Of a stretch of DNA of 64,000 nt, positions 13,313 through 27,590 are shown piece by piece (the first letter of the stretch is position 1; each line of letters starts with the position of its first letter). This DNA is from Blasia pusilla (Eukaryota): NCBI GenBank assembly GCA_050084515.1, contig CM114271.1, positions 4,216,001 through 4,280,000 of the forward strand. Direction: 5' to 3'. Below the pieces are notes generated by a model. That model worked only from the letters and a program-made list of their open reading frames with translations. It ran no database searches and was not told the origin of the DNA. The translations under genes and the position numbers were made by a program.

Positions 13313-15301
13313 TTATCCTCGAGTTCTCATGATGGTGATCGTACCGTTTCCTTCGGTATGAATTTTTGTAAGAGCCACTACAGACTTTCCCGATAGACCG
13401 CCTGACCCGGCCTGCGGTGCTGGCCGAGAATCCTCGCCAGATTGAGGTCCAGGTCTGGATGGAGGCATTGAAATCCTTTGGTTTATGTCATGCAACGTCA
13501 CGTCGCCCTGAGCTCCACAAGGCTTGAGAAGAGCGAAAGGATAAGCCACCGGAGTGACCGATTTCGGTCTACTGCTTTGCATAGGAACCATTCTCCTCCC
13601 TGTATCCAGTAGCAAGATGTGTAAGATTTCATGGAAAGGAACACAACCAGGCCGTCGGGAAGTCTAATTGGAAACGTTTCGTTCTGAGTAGACAAATTCG
13701 GGTGCATTACCGGGATTAGGAGACCTTGCGAACGGTGTAGATGGACAGTCAAATTCTTGGTGCTGATTGCTGGAGCAGTCTCCTGTGAACAGCCAAGATA
13801 AGCACATGAGTGTGGTATCGGACAGGTCGCGCGAAATGCTTCCAGCTTGGAGGAATCAACCGGATGAACTAAAACTCGGAATTACAATCAAGACACTGGG
13901 TAGCAAGGCAAGTCAGTCAAACTGGCCGTACCAGATTTGTCACTCACAGGGACCGCCAATTTCCTGCGTCACAACAAGATTGGAAAAGTGAGCTGAGATC
14001 GCCACAGCATCTCAAGAGGGTCGGGAAGAAGCTTTCTAGAATATGAAAACTCTCATGTTTGAGATGACCTACGTCGGATCGGAAGCCAGATCACAGGCCA
14101 TTGGCACCTGGTAGTCACCAAAACACCTAGCCATCCACTTCTCAGATGCAGGTTCCAAAGTTTCGTCTACAGCGAATTGCGACTCATCTGCAGTAGACAT
14201 ACATTTGAAATTAGCGACTTATATTCGTGCGCTGATTCCGCCATGCGCACTAGGTGCCAACTACAGTCCTTCAGCTGACACACGAGATTATGCTTTAAAA
14301 TAATTACCGTTTTGCAAGTACCAGAGAGAGCTTGGTGACGTGGGAACAGGATTCTCAAACCTCTCGAATTCCTCGCAAACCGGAATCATCGGCCCACCGC
14401 CAATCTGCGAGCAAAGATCGGTGATCGTTGTAAGTGACTTGCAACTACTTCAAGAAACTAAACCATAGGACGGTAAGCGCAAACCTTACGATTGAGCGAG
14501 AAGTTAAGGGTAAAGCCTCACCCCAAAAGGCGAATCGACCGCAGCTTCGACAGGTGTATTATCACACGTAGTACTGCTCTCTTCTTCCGAACCAGAAAAA
14601 CGCAACATCCGCCGTCTTTTCAATCGGGGACTTCCCTCACGGGGTGAGATGTCGGAGGGTACTTCTTTACTTTCTTCGTACTCCGCCAAGTTTCCTGGAA
14701 ATGCAAAGAACCATCCGATAATATCATATCTCAAGCTGAAAGAGAGGAACTCGTGAAAGAACATCCATCCTCCACTGGAATCTACCATTCATGTTGCACA
14801 TTTGAAAACACGTCGTAACGCCTCCCACCTTTCCTGTAAAATGATGATGGAAGACGACCGGAGTCGACAGTGTCGGTCGTCGGAGTAGTCGCAAACAACG
14901 AGCGGGAATCAGCTTCGCTTTGAGCCAATCCATCCCACAAAGAGCGAGAAATGGCTGCAAAAACAACCCCAGTGTGTAAAATCACCGTATACGTCAGAAG
15001 GAATTATTCCGAGCAAAACCCCAATGAGAAGTACTAGATGAGAATTCAGCAAGCGTCACGTAAGATTATTTGAACTAAATCAAGCGGTAACGATGGAAGT
15101 GCTAGACAGCGAGGGTCACGATAAGTAAGAAACTTCACACGGTAAGGTCAGCAAGACCATTGCAACGACTACATCCGCTACAAAGATCGGAATATCTGTA
15201 TCGTCGACCTATGCGAGAAGTAGCAGCGTTCGCGTACCTAATGGAGATTCAGCATCAAGTTTGTAGGAGTCGTCTTGCCAAAACCAGTCTTTCTCCTCCA
15301 T
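13313..15301 (-). CDS. XRI1: XRI1-family protein (X-ray induced 1-like), multi-exon; approximate exons 15301-15238, ~14955-14830, ~14694-14523, ~14187-14073, 13782-13711, 13599-13313
   Basis: N-terminal MEEKDWFWQ, the KRRRMLRF motif, EKWMARCF, and the family C-terminus YPFALLKPCG...TLHDINQRI...GLSGKSVVALTKIHTEGNGTITIMRTRG-stop. GT-AG junctions are present; internal exon limits are approximate. Confidence 0.85.
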
Positions 15302-18300
15302 CGCAAAGTGATTACTGGCACAATTCGACCCTATAATCCTCAACTATCGACAGCTGAGTCTCTCGCTATGGACGCCACAGAGCCTTTGCCGAAATGGCAG
15401 ATCTGAACTTTCGAAGTTCCGGGAGCTTCACAACTCATGAGAGTCTTGAAACGTCACACCTGACGGAATTCGCGGGAGAGTTGGATGCTGAAGGGGGGGG
15501 GATAGGAGTCTTGGAGACATCCAACAGAACTACAAAAAGCGCGAATTACCCCGGCAGATCGGAATCGGAGGAAACACAAAGGCTCACAAAGGCGTAGCTG
15601 CGAATGCCTTCCCAGGCCTTGAACACGTAATTGCGCAGACGTGGCGGCAAGAACAACAAGATAATTCCCAAAAATTCCTGGTGATCGTCAAGATCAATAG
15701 TGGAAGCTGCAAGAAGAGTGACGGTATGCGTTGGCAAGTGAAACTGAACTGAGCGGACGCAAGCTGTCGATTGGACCCGAGCTATTTCCTAGAATGATGT
15801 TGATAACAATTATCTTGTAGAGGGGATAGAATCCAATGGTCCTAAGTCCCATGGAAGGCTAGACGATTCGATGTCATCAGACCAAGTTAACGAGGCTGGT
15901 TAGATCAGGCTGTAATTGAGAGAGTGTGTAATGTGCAAGGCCTCGGCCCAGGAATTTCTCAGAATTTGAATCTAAATACTGTCTTCTACCTGATAAGGAA
16001 TCCAAGAAACGCTTCCCTCAAAGGATCGCTACTCGAGGTATCCGACGAATCGAAGGAGGCGAATACGAATATCTTGCAATGAGCTAATCCCGTGATCGAG
16101 CATAATCGCAGGTCAAATGACAGACACGGCAGCTTCGTTTAGGCGCGCGTCCACAAAGGCTTCCCACGGCTAAAAAATGTCAGGACATAGAAGAAACATG
16201 TAGAAACCTCGTCCTGTGACCAGAGCTAAATTGAACCCTCAGTCTTGATCGACTACCACAACATGATCGAGCGCCATAGCCAGAATGTCGCCGGAAAGTA
16301 GAGCAGGCGGTGGACATCGATCATACATGAACACTTTCAGCTCTCGTACCCCATTCTCTGGTATCCTTCCTTCCCCGCTCTTCCTCTCTTCCTCTCTCCC
16401 CCAATTCCTAATACCCTGCCCGTCCGTCGTCTTTGACAGCGAGAGATGGGGGGGGGGGGTGGTGGAGGGGAGATGGCGCGGGCGCCGTTTGCATACTTAC
16501 TCTTTACTACGTCCGCAAATAGAAGAATGTGAGAACCGCCACTAAAGTGACTAAACCAACTGGCAGTGCATACGGTAGCTATGAAGCACGTGGCATCGCG
16601 TATTAGTGTGCAGTGTTATGTTTCCGTGTTTCTGTTTTGACTCATCCACCTGCCCGGTGGTGGTGCTTCACATGAACTAAGTCCGTCATGAGCGACTGTT
16701 GAAAGCGGTGTCACGCCTCCAGGCACCACTACAGTTATCCGACTACAGCGAACTCAATTCACACGTGTAATAAGACTGATGTGTCTTGCTCGTCTTCCCG
16801 GATGACTTCGCACCGGACAGATGGGGCGCGATTCTAGTGAAAGAACAAAGATGCATTTCGATAAAAACGAGTGATGGAAAACCCATCGAAAAGGAAGAAG
16901 GGGGCATTCCCCCTAACGACGAAACTCATCAGCAAAGACAATATCAGCAACAACAAGAGAACTATGACTACTACTAGTGGGCCTAGTGAAATGGAAAAAA
17001 AAAGAAAATGAGTACTCTATCCGCAGACGTTTCAAGAAATCTATTATTATTATTTATATTTATATTACGAGCACCGATTATGCAGTCCGACAGCCCTGAA
17101 ATTCCAAACGCAAGACTCGCGATCAACCTCTTTCCGATCATGCTGCTCCTGCTCCTGCTCCTGAATACTCGCTCGACTCTGGAGCCCGATCGTGCCGATC
17201 GAGGTCTGTGTTCAAAAGTTCTGCATCCGGCCGACCTCTGAACTCTTCATTGAATTCACAGCTCCACATCGAGCGTGTCCAGCGCGGAAATTCGTCAGAG
17301 AGACGTTAAAGAAAGACATCAGTTCATAATCTCCCTCGGGGACCCCAAACAACAAAATACAGAAACCACGCTTCACGAGTGACCAGTCACGACCACTGCC
17401 GATAATACGATAGCAACGTATGTCTGGTCGCCCTCTCTACATTCAGCCACGACACCCCTTTTCTTCCCGACCTCCAAATATAGCGTTTCTCCCCCACCCC
17501 ACCCCACCCGTCTCCCCTCCTCACCGCGCACGCACGCCCGCAGGCAGGTACTCCACTATCTCATTGGCCGATGGCTCCTCCACCCGACGCCGTCTCCCGA
17601 ATTCAGGGGTCGTCACCGGAAGACAAGGGCCCCGAAGCGCGAGGCCGGGTTTACCGGCAGACCTGCCCGCCCCGTCACAACGCCGCCTTTGGCAGGATTT
17701 TGTAGCTGGAGCGCACGGAGATGAAACCCTACTGTCTTGGCGAGGTGGGGGCAGAATGACGACGAGGGAGCCCAAGTGAGGGAACAGGCGCTATTCGGAG
17801 AGCTTCTTGATTTCGTAAGGGCCGCGATAAATAATGTACTGCAACGATACAGGTGTATAGAGGACGTGGTGGTACACTTACTGTACTGGATACCGATCAC
17901 CAACGGGAGGTGGTGCCTTGAGCTGTTGAGCGGACGGAATGTCGGCTGCCTCTCACAACTCGTGCCCTGTCGCGTTCGCTTAAGTTGCGACGTTCGCGAG
18001 TCGTGACGGGCGCACAGTTCGAGGCGTCTCGTCTCGTCTCGCTGACTGTCACGGCAGCCTCGAGGAGAGTTGACCTTTCGTCACTGTTTTCCGTAGATGC
18101 AGTAGGTGCCGTCGCGACCTACGCACTGGCAAGGGTCCGTCCGTCCGTCCGTCCGCGACATCGCTCGCTCGCTCGCGGCGGCGCTATCGACAAAGACAGA
18201 TAACGAATAGCACGCGTGAACCGACTAATTGAGGACGGACTGACGGACGACGTCCTCCTCTTCGTGCGTTCTGTCGCTCCACGGTCGTGTTCAATCGTCA

Positions 18301-20209
18301 CAACGACAAGGCTTCGTTCCGGGAGTAATAATGCCCCCCCCCCGCCCAACTCCCTCGGAAACCCTTGTCCCACCCTAGTCTTTCTGGTCCTCTCCGTCTA
18401 CGGTATTCACTTGTTCGGTTATTTACGTATTGGCCTTACTCGAAATAACGTTGAGTTTTTAATATTAGTACCTGCATATATTTCACCAAATAATCAATAT
18501 ATCACAAAAAGAGAAAAAAATTAGAAAATTCTTTTTGCATGAAAGACGAAAAGGATATACATTTTTTCTTGAATGTACACCTATGTTTTAGCAAGGTTGT
18601 TTGAATTTTTGTGGCGGAGTATGACTTGATTACGAACCCGTTTGTGGGTGTTAATAGCATTTTGGTATGGCAAGCTATAGATGGTCACCAAGTTCTTAGG
18701 CTCCTTACTAAGGGACTTGACACCTTCGAACCGGGTGCCAATTTGGCCCAACCCCATCTTTGACGAGAATTTTATTACGATCACTCTTTCTTGCCATTCA
18801 TAGGTCTACGTATCTAGGATTGAGCAACCCTAAAGGCCGCCTCCCAATGCTAGAGCAACCCTTAAGGCCGCCTCCCATGGACACCCTAAAATCTTAGTGT
18901 CCTTGCTAATGTGGGGGTTGTGAGGATTTCCACCCCAAATTGGGCACGGGCACCAAAATCAGTTCAAAGACCACCATAAATTCATATTAGTGTGTAGCCT
19001 CTATCATGCGCGAGAGTGAAAAATACACTAATCATGTTGCGTACAATTTCAAAAAAAAATTCCGTCTAGTTGTCATGTGTCAACCATACATGTGTAGGCA
19101 AATCAATATTATAGATTTCACAACGATGTTAATCGGATTCTCGACTAATCCTTTTGGTATTTGAATTCCGTTCAATATATGCACTATGTCTTATCCACAC
19201 GACCTCGTGGCGACTATGGGAGATGACCCTAAGAGAGTGGGGTTTCTTTTTTTCAATTTAATGTATGAGTGCTAAAAAACAACATGTTGTCTTGTGGACT
19301 CTATCAAACAAATAGATCGCATTTTTCTCAAGTTTTCTTCCATTGTCTTCCATGAAGGTACCTATATTATAATAGGCCATCCTTAATGAACAATGACACA
19401 AAATAGCAAAATGCTTGCAATTTTGTCCATTGATTCATATTTGCTAGGAAGGGAAAATGAATTTGAATGGGAGAAGAAATTGATATTATTAATTAATATT
19501 CATTATTTATGTAATTTATATAATACTTGACGACCCTATGTGTACAATAAGACAAAATAGAAATAAGTTTATAATTTTTTCCTTAATGCATGTTTGAAGG
19601 GAAGGAAAAATGAATTTTCTCGAAGAGTAAAATGATTTCATCATGTATTAATTAATCAATTAATTAGTGTTATTTTTATGGAAGGAATAGAGGGGGAGAA
19701 CTAGGTATTGTTTAAACTTTATCGAAGGGTGGAAGTATTTAGGGGAGTGGGGTTTTATTTAAATTTTAAGTAGTGGATTTATTTAGAAGAGTGGATTTTT
19801 ATTACTATTTTAAGATTTAAGAAATTAAAATATACATTTAAATTTTGAAATAAAATTATGAATTTTTTTTAAAGAATTATTTTAATTCACATTTGATATT
19901 TTGGGAAAGGAAAATGAATTTGAATGGAAAAGGGAAATTATTTCATTCATTAAAATTAACTAATGATATAGTTAGTGGATGTTATTTTGGTGGAAGGAGC
20001 CACCACTCACGAGTGGAAGGGGAAGAATATGTATTATTTAAACTTTTACGGAGAGGTGACATTATTTAGGGGAGTTGTGTACTATTTAGCTTTTAATTAG
20101 GGAGTGGAATTATTTTAAAATTGAAAATTTATGACTCTTTTAAGATTTAAAAAAATGGAAATTATATTTTGAAATGAAATTGTTTCTAAATCGTTAAAAA
20201 AATCATTTT

Positions 20210-20238
20210 TGTGCGCAAGCACGGGCATTCTAACTAGT
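20210..20238 (+). mobile_element. Helitron 3' terminus (5' end not resolved)
   Basis: Hairpin GTGC-GCAA-GCAC, then CTAG and T; same layout as 7023-7050. Confidence 0.55.
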
Positions 20239-22183
20239 TTTCATCTATCGTCATGAATTATGCAAGTCCATTCTTCACTAAATATTTCATGCGCAAATCC
20301 GTTTTTATCTTTAAACATATCATCCATAAGTTTTTTTTTTCACAAAGGATTCATGTCCTCGTATTTTGAGGATTATTTCTTGATCTCTCTATATTGTGTT
20401 GTCGTCCATAATTGCGCGCAATGGAAAAAGTAGAATATTGCACCAATGATTGCTTCCACAAGTGCTTCAAATGTTAGTTGTCAGTATGTGGAACATAAAT
20501 TCTATAACAAATTTCAATTCAACTAAGTATTCTTTTGCAAAATGATGTCATATGACCCTTCTGATGGTCACGAAAACTCTCTATCAAAACTATGGCCCCA
20601 ATGCATCAAGGAGGAAGGAATCCTACACAAAAAATCTTTCTCGCTAAACTAAAATTTTAGTCATCCTCCTCTCTCAGTTTTAGCAAGCCACATAATAATA
20701 TTCCCTCTTTTGAGACTCATCATGAAGATAATCTCCTAAGTCATGGCAATATAGCCCCCCTATTTCAAGCATCATTAACCAAGTCTCTCTTATGTTGGCC
20801 TAGACGACCAAAATTTTGAAACGCTCCATGATCATCAAGAGCATGGCCATTGCATAGGTTTTCAAAGTGCTAAGGAAAGAAGATAGCGCCTCTAGGGAAT
20901 AATAAGACGAAGATAAGATGAAGTGTGGTAGGTATGGAGAGCGCTTAAAGAGAAATAAAGAACTATAGTTGTTCAACATTAAGCAGGAGGACCTAAGCAA
21001 AATCAGATCCATGATTAATTAGGAGACGACAGAGCATATGTTGACACTAATAGTGGATGAAACATAACAAAAATGGGAAGGTTTTAGCAGCTTCAAAAGG
21101 GACTATGATTCAGACTACTGTTGTATACTTATGTGTTGTTGCATGATACTTGTCCACTAAATACACTACATAATATGAATCACAAAAATTAGTGTAAACT
21201 TCCTATACGCACTATGGACGAGTGAAGAATCGATCATGTGTACGCATGCATAAACGTAAGTATAAATCTTGATTAATGTTCAAAATTTTCCAGAAACTTT
21301 TACTGGTAGAGGATTAATTAATTAATAAGATAATAAGTAACAATATGTATTATTTGAACTACATGCACTTGCACTACCGAGTACACATCAATAATATGGG
21401 GAAGAGGAAAAAAAGGATAAGAATTTATGATTAGCGTTTAGTATTAGCACCAATGTTTTGAAATAATTTTTCGTTAACACAAATAATTTGAATATCGCTA
21501 GTTTTGGTGAGGGTCCATTGGGAAACTTTGTTATACCAAAAGGATCTTACACAATTATGGAGTATGGTGGTTTTCTCAACAAACCCCATGCTCATTAACT
21601 TTTATCATGTGGGTTTTTTCTATTTATGTGTATTAAATTTTCTATTAACCTCACGAAGAAGAACCATTTCCACAATTGCAAGCAACAAAATATGGCATTC
21701 CAAGGTTGCATAGTATGGATCATTCATCAAGCTCATTTAGTGGATAATCCAAAACCACAATTTTATATTATCATCAAAGTTTTTAATTAAAGAATGTAAG
21801 ACTTTAGGTAATTGAATTGAGTTTTTAGTATGATATGAATTTCTATGATTACAATTTTTTATGAAATATTTTTTCATACATGAAAATTCCCATTGAACTA
21901 GACATGGGTAGTACAAAACCAACACCCTAAAAGAAGGACACCATTCTAAGAACATTGTTATAAAAACACACCTACTCCATATCAATTGAATTCTTTGCTT
22001 GAGAGGGCTCAACTTTATGGATTAATAAGAAATTGGATCTATTCATCCATCCTATGGATAGAACCCTTATTGCACTAAATAGCACAATACCTATCTACAT
22101 GCTTTATGGCGAAAAACCTTGCGTGGATTTGTTTATCATTTTCTCTTTCTTTACAATGGAGGCCTCTTATGCCAGCTAGGCTT

Positions 22184-22696
22184 TGTCAGGTCTTTTAGGA
22201 TAGATCGGTGAGATCTAGTGGAACGCCTTTGAGTAGTGGAGGACATGCTCAAGAGGTTGAGGATGACCTGATGAGGCCCCGAGAAACCTAAGAGAGCAAG
22301 TTTTCCCTTCGTTTCGGATCATTTGGAGCCATATTGAGGAACATACTATTTTAGGTAAGTACCATTTTGAGTATATGGTCGACTTTCTAATTTTTTTAAG
22401 CGGCCCTTGGTCTCCTACATCAGGTCAAGAGCCAAGGAGGTGACTTGGGAGCATAGGTTACCATGGAGAGAGCTTGAGAGAGGGGAGGGGTATACCTCAA
22501 GGAGAGAGAGTTTGAGAGCTCATTCTCTCTTTATTGAATCTCTTGGCACGAGGCGACGGAGCTATGGTCCCTTGCCTTTTGAGTGTAACCCAAGCCTCTC
22601 ATTAGGAGAGTGGGTTTGGTTTGACATGGAGAGAGACATGTGAGAGTGCACACATTTGAGAGCAATGGTGTTGAGAGAGATTGGATCTTGATTTAC
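22184..22696 (+). repeat. Element 1 repeat B1 (5' terminal, promoter-bearing)
   Basis: Direct repeat of 32301-32835 with substitutions and a ~20-bp indel. TATA-like TATA at 22491 and Inr-like TCATT at 22520. Confidence 0.9.
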
Positions 22697-25600
22697 AAAG
22701 AAAGAATGAGATGAGTGAGAGAGCTTCATGGGGGAGCTCATTGGTCACTCGCTGGTTTTGCAGGTTGGGGATCGTATTCCCCGTTCAGCGGTTCATGGGA
22801 GTGCTCACCGTAGCTGGATCCACTCATTTTTTATGTTTTCTTTGCTGATTTTTTGTTTGTAAGTGTGGCGCGCGGGAGCGCTGCCCAATTTTTGATAGGG
22901 ATTGAGTATGGGGCCGAATTTCCCCATGTCGGTACTCTCGGGAGCACCATGTAGCTTGTTGATTTTTATTTTCACAGGTTTTATAATTTCTTTGGGAGAA
23001 ATCAGCGCGGAAGCGCTGCCAAATTTTGTGTAGGAGAAAGAGACGTTGGGCTTTACGACAATCCCCGTCAGTTTTTACTAGAATGTCCGATTCAAAATAT
23101 TTTTTAATACTGTCACAGATCGTAAAGCTGTGCACGCTGTGCAAAGACAGTGCACAATTTGAAGTTGCGAGCAAAAATTTATGGTCAATCTTGCAGAAAT
23201 GCCATTGCTAGGCAATTTTTAGGGTAAAATTGTTCAAACCCTTAAGCAGCCGCTGCGCCGGCAGCAGCCATCGCCGTCATAGTCACCATCAACGGTCAAC
23301 CATCACCATCAACGGTCCTCTGTCACCGTCAACGGTCTACCCTCCACCGTCCACTGGCGGTCGCCACCGCCGCCTAGCACTGATCATAACCGCGTTCGGC
23401 CGTTGTTCACCCTTGGTTGCTATTGCCGCCATTACGGAGTGGAGGGTCTTCCACAACGACTGTTGATTCTTTGACTTGTGCCACCACCACGTACTTTATT
23501 TTGGCCGCCATTGTCATCGCAATTTCGTCATCAACGTGTGATGGCAAGTGACCTCGGGTTATAGTGTTTGAGTTTTCATTTCATTCTGCTATGTTGTGAT
23601 TGGTTGCTGCTCGAGGACGATCGAGTACCGTGCCGTAACGCCCATAGCTGCAACGCGCCGCCGATTGCCGCGTTGTGCCGCTCGTGGCCGCACCGCACCG
23701 TCTCGATCGCAGAGCCGCTCCTTCACTAAGGAGCACATCGTGTGTATTTTTTATTGAGGAGGGTATGCCATGGAGTGCCGCATCCCATTATCGAGTGACG
23801 TGCCGTTTTGTGCCGCCAGTGCCGCACCGTACCGCGGGATCCGCACCGCATATCGAGGAGGTTTGAGCAGCGTCAATACGAGAGGAGTACGACTTGCTGA
23901 TTGGAGGAGTTGTCTTCAAGACCAAGTTGGGGTTGAAATTTGCAGTTGCCGAGGAGCGACATCGACATTATTATCAGGTTACCCAATCTGGTCTCTTACC
24001 CTACATGTGTGACGGAATTCCGGGTATTAGGAAGTTATTTGGGATATTGGGCTTCATACTAATGTTGAGAGCATTGATGGCATATGGGTTGAGGGGACAT
24101 ATACCTATGTGGGATGTCCAGAGTTGAGGATGGTTTATCGATGAGATTATAGATAATTTGATTTGCCGCACCACGCCACTTGTTGCCGCACAACACACAT
24201 CTCGGTGAGAGAGTGTAGCTTGAGTGCCGCATGTTAGATTGAGTGATTCCGTGATTACTCGTGAGGTTGAGAGTGATCGTGTGAAGGGGGCACGAGGGTC
24301 ATCACGGCATCCTTTTGAGACTTTGAGAGGTGAGGTGGTAGACCGGAGAGTAGCTCTAGAGGGTTTATGCGGAGTGGTGCGAGGTTTCGAGGGTCTCCAC
24401 GTGCGGGACCACCTCGACCTCCTTCTGTGTCATCTTTAGACAAGGAGGAGGGCATAGAGGAGTTGAGTAGTGCTTTGCCACTCACATTGAGTAGTCCTAT
24501 TGCTTGGACGTACAAGATGGACGACTGACGTAGAGGACCGCGTAGGTTCTTAGGTGCAGTAGGCACGATAGAGTTGCAAGACTTCATCGCGGAGTTTAGG
24601 AGTTGGTACGACTCACAACGTGCTAGGAACTCTAGAGAGTTCAACCCGTTATCAGCATGGAATGTATGTTCCAGCATTTAGAGGGGACACCCATGAACGA
24701 TTACCATGAGTTCTCCCACAGATATGCCCAAGAGATTGAGGCATGGCGACTCTACTTTGACCCACACTATGTGTCATGGACGGAGTCGTTCCCAGTTGAG
24801 GAGGAGGAGTTAGGAGACGCTACTTCCTCTTCCACCAATGATGTTCTAGGAGGGTAACTCACATTGGAGCACTTGCACTGTCCATTCTGGTTCGTCCCAC
24901 GTTCCACCCCGTGGTTGAGTTCTTTGCTGAGTTGAGGGCGAGCTACCAGGGGGTACGGACGGAGAAGTTGCGGAGCATCCACGACTTCGAGAGGCGCCCG
25001 GGTGAGAGTAACCTCAATGCCATAGCGGCAATGTGCTCATGTAGCTGCTATATCTAAGCAGCCATCCCAGCCTCACGCCCGACGTCTCCCTCGACGCGTC
25101 TAGGTGGTGGGACTCTACCTCCTCCACAAGCAACTCCACCACCCTGTTAGGCAACTCCAACTCCGCGTTCCCCAATAGGACCACCTGGTGTAGATTGTTG
25201 CTATGGCATGGAGGTTACTCGATGTCAGATCCGTGGCCTTGAAATCATATGGAGCAGCCAAAGATATGGAGGATCTTGGTTTGATGTGTGGGGTTTCCCA
25301 GGTGGAGGCCGCCATAGTTGTGACGCGTGGAGCAGCCGTAGAGTTGGATCCACAGCAAGGGGAAGCCAGGAAACAGACCAGACTTCCTCAATCTTTCACG
25401 TTGTCCGAGGCGATGAGGACCCCATCAATGGGTCCTCATCAGAGTTCTTGAAGAGTTGGTGATGTTATTGGTATGCAGCATAGAGGGCAATGGGAGAAAC
25501 AAGTGCGAAGACTCCTATTGTGGATGCTCAGAAGGAGCATGAGTCGAGTACGATGTTGGGGGCGGCCACAATGGTGTACCGTGCTCTGCTATTTTTTGCT

Positions 25601-26586
25601 TCCGATGTTATGACATTGGGAGGTACGCCCATCGAGGTGTTTCGGCTGGCTGCTATGCTAGGTGAGCGTGGAGTTGGAGTTCTTGCATCACGTTCAGAGG
25701 TGATTGCAGAGGAGGTGATGGACCTGCCCTTGGAGCTTATGCTCAGGCCGTCCACGTTAGATTCATGGTAGGCTACGGCTGCTAGGATGGCGGAGATGCC
25801 CACTAAACCCGCGATAGAGCGTGCCATGGCTTCACCTGGTGTTGTGTAGTTGGATAATCGGGGAGAGGTCTTCGAGTTGGTGAGTCCAGAAGGTAGAGCT
25901 TTTAGTCCGCAACGCGTCTTGTTGGATTCAGGAGCGCAACCCTTGATGTTGGGGAAAGCGTCATTCAGAGGATTGGGTTTGATGAGAGCCAATGTAGAGC
26001 GTTGTCCATTCCGGATATAGACATCCTTGGGTGGAATGAGTACCACCCAGTATATTACCCAATAATAGGTCATGGTGAGGATTCGCCCGGGACATCCTAC
26101 AGATGAGTCCGTGGTGCGAGCCAAGGCGATAGTGACTGATGGAGAGTCCTACGAGGTCTTGGTTGGTGGAGCAGTGTTATACCCGATGGTGTTTTCATTG
26201 GATTACTGGGAGAAGTCAGGGTCCTACAGACCAGGATGGCAGTCAGGTGATGGGCGCCTTAGCTCATTACCCTTTCGATTCAAAGGTGCAGTGATCGAGC
26301 GACGTCTAGGAGAGATGGCGACCTTAGCAGCATTGAGCAGTGCCATCACTTGGCCTAATGATTTGATTGAGGGACATGTCCATACAAAGGATACTACCGT
26401 TCCTAACATTTCTATGGAGAGGAGTGTCATGGTAGTCGCATCAGTCCGTGGAGGAGAGGTGCCGCTTTGGGGCTCGATTGAGGAGCTTCGACGCTTAGCC
26501 ACTAAGCATGTACAGACCGCGTGGAGCGAGATGTTTGCACTAGAGTGTGACGAGTCAGAAGACCCCAAGTAGCTAGGAGTGCCACT

Positions 26587-27590
26587 ATGACCCCTTTGGA
26601 CACCACCCTGATTGTGTGGTGCATCCCAGAGGAGGGTATTCGGGTATTGGATCTCTTTGGAGGGATCAGCACTAGGTTAGTTGTTGTTTTGCAAGCTAGA
26701 GTGCGCGTGCAGCAGTACCTGTATGTGGAGATTGATGATGTTGCGAGGCGCGCTTCCTTTCACCATGTGACGAAATTATGCCTCCGTTTTCCCGACTTAT
26801 TGTCTGCGTCCGCCATTCAGGGTTATGAGAGTTCCCTACCGAGGGACATTTCATTGTTGGAGGCGCAAGACTTTGAGCGGGTAGGGACCATAGACTTGGT
26901 CATTGCTGGTTGGCCATGTCACCGTCAGTTGAGTGTTGGACAGGGTAGCAGATTAGCTGACTCTCGGTCCATGTTGTTTTGGGAGATGATGCGAATCTTG
27001 CGACACTTGCAGGAGCATCAGTCTCGTCCTCCAGCATACATTATGGAGAATGTACCAATTTTGGGCGATTCGAGGTCCCGTGTGGTGACGAGCGCACAGC
27101 AGGTGCGGGCATGGATTGGCTCGGTAGTTTTTTTGGATGCGTCAAGTGTGGGTTCACGAGCGCATCGCCCGTGTGTGTGGTGGACCAACTTGGTGCCACA
27201 TGAGGTGTTACGGAGGGCTTATGCGCGAGTGGGGCTTCCCTCCGAGTTTTTGGTGGATTCTATATTGGATCCGGGCCGTCGATCATTAGCAGTGAGGCAC
27301 GCTGATTGACCGTTGTTGACTGTGGTCATCAGGATTAGCATGCCACGGGCAGCCTTTCCCACATTGGTGAGTTTTCTTGCTTCCTATGCATTCAAGGAGG
27401 CCGGGCCTGGCTTGGTTTGGGATGACTAGGAACAAAGGTTGGTGGAGCCCAACGCCGATGAGCGAGAGCGAGCAATGGGATTCCCTATAGGAGTGATGGC
27501 AGTACTATCACTATCAGAGGCATCACGATGTCATGTATTGGGTCAGGCGATGGACCTAAACTGCTTGACATGGTTTTTCAACTTAGGAGT
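26587..27590 (+). pseudogene. DNMT3-like C5 cytosine methyltransferase domain of element 1
   Basis: Motif I IRVLDLFGGIS; II YVEID; IV DLVIAGWPC; VI YIMENV; VIII LDASSVGSRAHRP..WWTNL; IX ERERAMGFP; X VLGQAMDL. Internal stops at 27307 and ~27427. Confidence 0.9.

Noticed and set aside
17420-18400. Protein-coding gene in the GC-rich island
   Set aside because: The ORFs are short and low-complexity with no known motif; it is more likely promoter or UTR sequence.
22407-22643. 78-aa ORF repeated at 32546-32782
   Set aside because: It lies within repeat B, starts at a non-ATG codon and has no recognisable domain.
26587-27309. Host DNMT gene or bacterial restriction-modification contamination
   Set aside because: It is intronless, sits between PR and RT in both elements and decays with them; there is no endonuclease partner.
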